A stretch of DNA of 64,000 nucleotides from an uncultured Woeseiaceae bacterium (lineage in GTDB: Bacteria > Pseudomonadota > Gammaproteobacteria > Steroidobacterales > Woeseiaceae), in assembly GCA_964605635.1 (NCBI GenBank), contig CAZSDL010000001.1, forward strand, positions 3,944-67,943, in the 5' to 3' direction. The stretch's first letter is position 1, and each line of letters begins with the position of its first letter. A program made the position numbers and the translations under genes. Under the pieces are notes generated by a model. It was not told the DNA's origin. It searched no databases and worked only from the letters and a program-made list of their open reading frames with translations. Positions 61,075-64,000 of this stretch are shown here, piece by piece.

Positions 61075-61968
61075 ATGCCTGACGGCTGGGTCATCGTGTT
61101 CGATAGCGAGGTGCTACAGCCCTGCTCGGATCGGGCGCTGGTATTGCTCGCACGAGACATCCCTTACGAGATTCTGCGCGTCGACGGTCGCTCGACGCTT
61201 TGGGTGCCCGAGGCGTTCGGCGAACGGGCGAAATACGAGATCTGGCAATACGAACAGGAGAATCGCAGGACAAGCTCTCCGTCGCCGCCACCGGCACTCG
61301 TTGAGCGTGATGGCGCTCCCGGCGCTATTGCCTACGTTATCGTGATTTGCTTTGTCGCTTGGCTTGCCGGTGAGGGCGCTTTCAACCGGGACTGGCTTGC
61401 CGCCGGCAGAGTCGACGGGGAACGCATTCGTGACGGTGAATGGTGGCGGCTTGTCACAGCGTTGACCTTGCACTCCGGTCTGCGCCATTTGCTCGGCAAC
61501 ATCGGCTTCGGTGCTTTATTCGGGTTTCTGGCGGGCCGACTTGCCGGTTCAGGAATGGCCTGGCTTGTTATTGTGTTGGCGAGCGCTGCAGCCAATGCGC
61601 TGAATACTTTCCTGCTTGATCCCAGTCATCGATCGATCGGTGCATCGACAGCCGTATTCGCTGCGCTCGGAGTCGTTGCCGGTTATGTATGGCGCGGGCG
61701 ATTCATGGCACAGGATCGATGGGCGTACCGGCTTGGACCAATCATTGGCGGCATTGCCCTGCTCGCCTTTACCGGTACCGGCGATGAAAATACGGATATC
61801 GGCGCCCACCTCGCCGGTTTCGTTTGCGGATTTCTTGCTGGTGTCAGCATGATTCGATTGACATCCCTGGGAGCCTTGCGCCACGTTCAACTTGCCTGCG
61901 GCGTCGGCGCTGTGGCAATCGTTATCGCCGCCTGGCTTTTCGCCTTCAACCCCTGGACCGCAGCCTGA
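61075..61968 (+). CDS. rhomboid-family protease with a soluble N-terminal extension of about 70 aa
   Basis: WWRLVTALTLHSGLRHLLGNIGF, catalytic GASTAVFA, and the His in GAHLAGFVCG. The N-terminal part, MPDGWVIVFDSE...YEIWQYEQEN, is non-membrane. Confidence 0.8.
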   Translation: MPDGWVIVFDSEVLQPCSDRALVLLARDIPYEILRVDGRSTLWVPEAFGERAKYEIWQYEQENRRTSSPSPPPALVERDGAPGAIAYVIVICFVAWLAGEGAFNRDWLAAGRVDGERIRDGEWWRLVTALTLHSGLRHLLGNIGFGALFGFLAGRLAGSGMAWLVIVLASAAANALNTFLLDPSHRSIGASTAVFAALGVVAGYVWRGRFMAQDRWAYRLGPIIGGIALLAFTGTGDENTDIGAHLAGFVCGFLAGVSMIRLTSLGALRHVQLACGVGAVAIVIAAWLFAFNPWTAA

Positions 61969-62032
61969 ACTCAACGGTCGAATCTCGGCCACACTTGCGC
62001 ACCAATCAATCAAACCTGAGGAATTGACAACA

Positions 62033-62881
62033 GTGAATGACATGCAACTGCCGAACCTGAACATCGACTGGGTCACCCTGTCCGAACAAATGCAAGCTCT
62101 GGGCGTCGAGTTCGGCATCAACGTCATTGCCGCAATCCTGATTTTCTATATCGGTCGGACAGTCGCGCGGCTTTTGTCACGGGGATTGCGCAACCTTATG
62201 CAAGCGCAGTCGGTGGATCCGATACTCGAATCGTTTGTCAGCAATCTCGTCTACTGGGCATTGATGGCTTTTGTCATCATCGCCGCTATTACCAAGCTCG
62301 GCGTACAGACGGCATCGCTGATAGCGCTGGTCGGTGCAGCCGGCCTTGCTGTCGGTCTGGCAATGCAAGGGGCTCTGGCCAACTTCGCCGCAGGCGTTCT
62401 GATCGTCATGTTCCGGCCCTATCGCGTCGGCGACTGGGTCGAGGCTGCTGGTATTTCGGGCTCCGTCGTACAGGTACAGATTCTCACCACTCTGCTGCGG
62501 ACGGCTGATAACAAACAGATCATCGTGCCGAATGGCCAGATAATGAACAGCATCATTACCAACTATTCAACCAACACCACCCGCCGGGTCGACGTAGTCG
62601 TTGGCGTCAGCTATGACGATGACATCGATGCAGTGCGCGAAACCATCCAGTCATTGGTCGATGCGGATGAAAGAATTCTCAAGGATCCGCCTTGCCAGAT
62701 CGTGGTTGCTGAACTCGCGGACAGCAGTGTCAATTTCTTCGTGCGGCCATGGGTCGCAACCGCCGATTTCTGGCCGGTCAAGTTCGGCCTGACGGAAGCC
62801 GTCAAGAAGCGCTTCGATGAGGTCGGAATCCGTATCCCCTACCCGCAGCGCGACGTGCACATCATCCCCAAGGAGGAATGA
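62033..62881 (+). CDS. small-conductance mechanosensitive channel (MscS family)
   Basis: Three TM helices, then GLAVGLAMQGALANFAAGVLIVMFRPYRVGDWV and NSIITNYS. GTG 62033 lies 10 nt after GAGGA, and ATG 62042 is the alternative start. Confidence 0.9.
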   Translation: MNDMQLPNLNIDWVTLSEQMQALGVEFGINVIAAILIFYIGRTVARLLSRGLRNLMQAQSVDPILESFVSNLVYWALMAFVIIAAITKLGVQTASLIALVGAAGLAVGLAMQGALANFAAGVLIVMFRPYRVGDWVEAAGISGSVVQVQILTTLLRTADNKQIIVPNGQIMNSIITNYSTNTTRRVDVVVGVSYDDDIDAVRETIQSLVDADERILKDPPCQIVVAELADSSVNFFVRPWVATADFWPVKFGLTEAVKKRFDEVGIRIPYPQRDVHIIPKEE

Positions 62882-63014
62882 TCCGCCCTCCGCAGGCGCG
62901 TCCGGCCCGACCGACTGCCGGGCGACCATTGATTCCGCAGCAAGAAGCGGCCCCGGCTGCCATTGACCGGGAAGGCGCGCTTCAGATACTGTATGTTTAT
63001 ACAGTTCCGGAGTC

Positions 63015-64000
63015 ATGATGATGACAGCCCGCAAAAGCGAGCAGGTTGTTGTGCACAAGGGGCGCGGTGCCGTGTCGAATCCCGGCGGACGCTTCGCAGC
63101 CACAGTCGTTCTGCCGAGTGCCGACGAGGAAGACGAACAATCGGCGCCCGCAACGACGCTGCGCCCCATGACCGCCGGGCGAATCATCAGTCGCAACGAG
63201 TCCCCGGACGTGCCTTTCAATCGTTCCATCAATCCCTACATGGGCTGTGAACACGGCTGCATCTACTGCTATGCAAGACCGAGCCACAGCTATCTCGACC
63301 TCTCCCCCGGTATCGATTTCGAAACGCAGATTTTCTACAAACCAAACGCAGTTTCGCGGCTGCTGGAGGAATGGCATAAACCGGGCTATGAGTGCCGGCC
63401 GATTACCATTGGCGCGAATACCGACCCTTACCAGCCTGCAGAGAAGAAACTCCGGCTGACCAGGCAGTTGCTTGAAATCTTCCTGAAACATCGCCATCCG
63501 GTCAGCCTGATCAGCAAGGGAGCTCTCATGCGACGCGATCTCGACTTGCTGGCCGAACTGGCGTCGCAGGGCCTGTGCTCAGTCGCACTCAGCGTCCCAA
63601 CCGCGGACAACGACCTGAAGCGCCGCCTCGAACCACGTGTGCCATCCGCGAATGCGCGTTTCGCACTGATGCAGGCCCTGGCCGCGCGCGGCATACCGGT
63701 AAGCCTGCTGATGGCTCCGATCATCCCGGCCATCAATGACCGCGAAATAGAGGACATCGTGCGCCGGGCGGGCGAATGCGGCGCACGGCACGCAACCTGT
63801 GTGCTGCTGCGCCTGCCGCACGAACTGAAAACACTGTTCAACGACTGGCTCCAGGCCCATTTCCCGGATCGCGCCACTCATGTCATGAGCCTGCTTCGCC
63901 AGGCAAGCGGCGGCCGGGATTATGACAACCGTTTCGGCGTCCGACAGACCGGCCGTGGTGCTTACGCGGAAATGATCGGCAAGCGGTTCCGGGTCGCCTG
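63015..64000 (+). CDS. radical SAM protein (PA0069-like family), 3' end outside window
   Basis: The frame is open from ATG 63015/63018/63021 to the window edge. It is absent from the ORF track because no stop is reached. My translation gives NPYMGCEHGCIYCYARPSH (CxxxCxxC cluster) and ITIGANTDPYQP. Confidence 0.85.
   Translation, partial: MMMTARKSEQVVVHKGRGAVSNPGGRFAATVVLPSADEEDEQSAPATTLRPMTAGRIISRNESPDVPFNRSINPYMGCEHGCIYCYARPSHSYLDLSPGIDFETQIFYKPNAVSRLLEEWHKPGYECRPITIGANTDPYQPAEKKLRLTRQLLEIFLKHRHPVSLISKGALMRRDLDLLAELASQGLCSVALSVPTADNDLKRRLEPRVPSANARFALMQALAARGIPVSLLMAPIIPAINDREIEDIVRRAGECGARHATCVLLRLPHELKTLFNDWLQAHFPDRATHVMSLLRQASGGRDYDNRFGVRQTGRGAYAEMIGKRFRVA

Overview
This is a gene-dense 64-kb chromosomal window from a moderately GC-rich gammaproteobacterium. 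The gene order rpsU-yqeY-dnaG-rpoD-tRNA(CAU), divergent tsaD, folB-folK, a split nrdJa/nrdJb and GTAGGAGCGCGC-type REP hairpins resemble Pseudomonadales/Cellvibrionales-like lineages. The species cannot be named from sequence alone. I call 56 protein-coding genes (2 truncated by the window edges, 1 low-confidence small ORF) and 1 tRNA. I saw no rRNA, CRISPR array, transposase or integrase. Most of the window is housekeeping: hemL, mpl, rnd, adk, a PPi-type phosphofructokinase next to an H+-pyrophosphatase, a PAS-GGDEF-EAL protein, tolC, waaA, hldE, class II ribonucleotide reductase, an sHSP, a DegQ-like protease, slt, cca, uppP, the folate genes, tsaD, the macromolecular-synthesis operon, fdxA, a FadB-like enzyme, a sirtuin, an MscS-family channel and a radical SAM protein. 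The non-housekeeping part lies at about 38-55 kb. It begins with a rhomboid/DUF2207/LemA/MOSC/dodecin string. It continues into a divergent, entirely exported gene cluster (41.4-53.4 kb) made of planctomycete-type CXXCH-domain proteins, a PD40-propeller di-CXXCH lipoprotein, a LamG/CXXCH lipoprotein, a Tat-signal DUF1501-like protein, three outer-membrane barrels and a DUF4266/DUF3570 pair. The two arms of this cluster are separated by a 1-kb non-coding, structured region that carries a CRP-like palindrome and a possible GEMM-I-like (cyclic-dinucleotide) riboswitch. I regard this cluster and its leader as the best candidate for an undescribed system. Smaller oddities are a 15-bp palindromic tandem array in the adk/pfp divergent promoter, a duplicated tRNA 3' end (att-like scar), REP inverted repeats, NrdR-like boxes with unusual spacing upstream of nrdJ, and an orphan Trm112/N2227-like methyltransferase with a PqqD-like tail. 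All family assignments come from motif recognition by eye. No database search was run.
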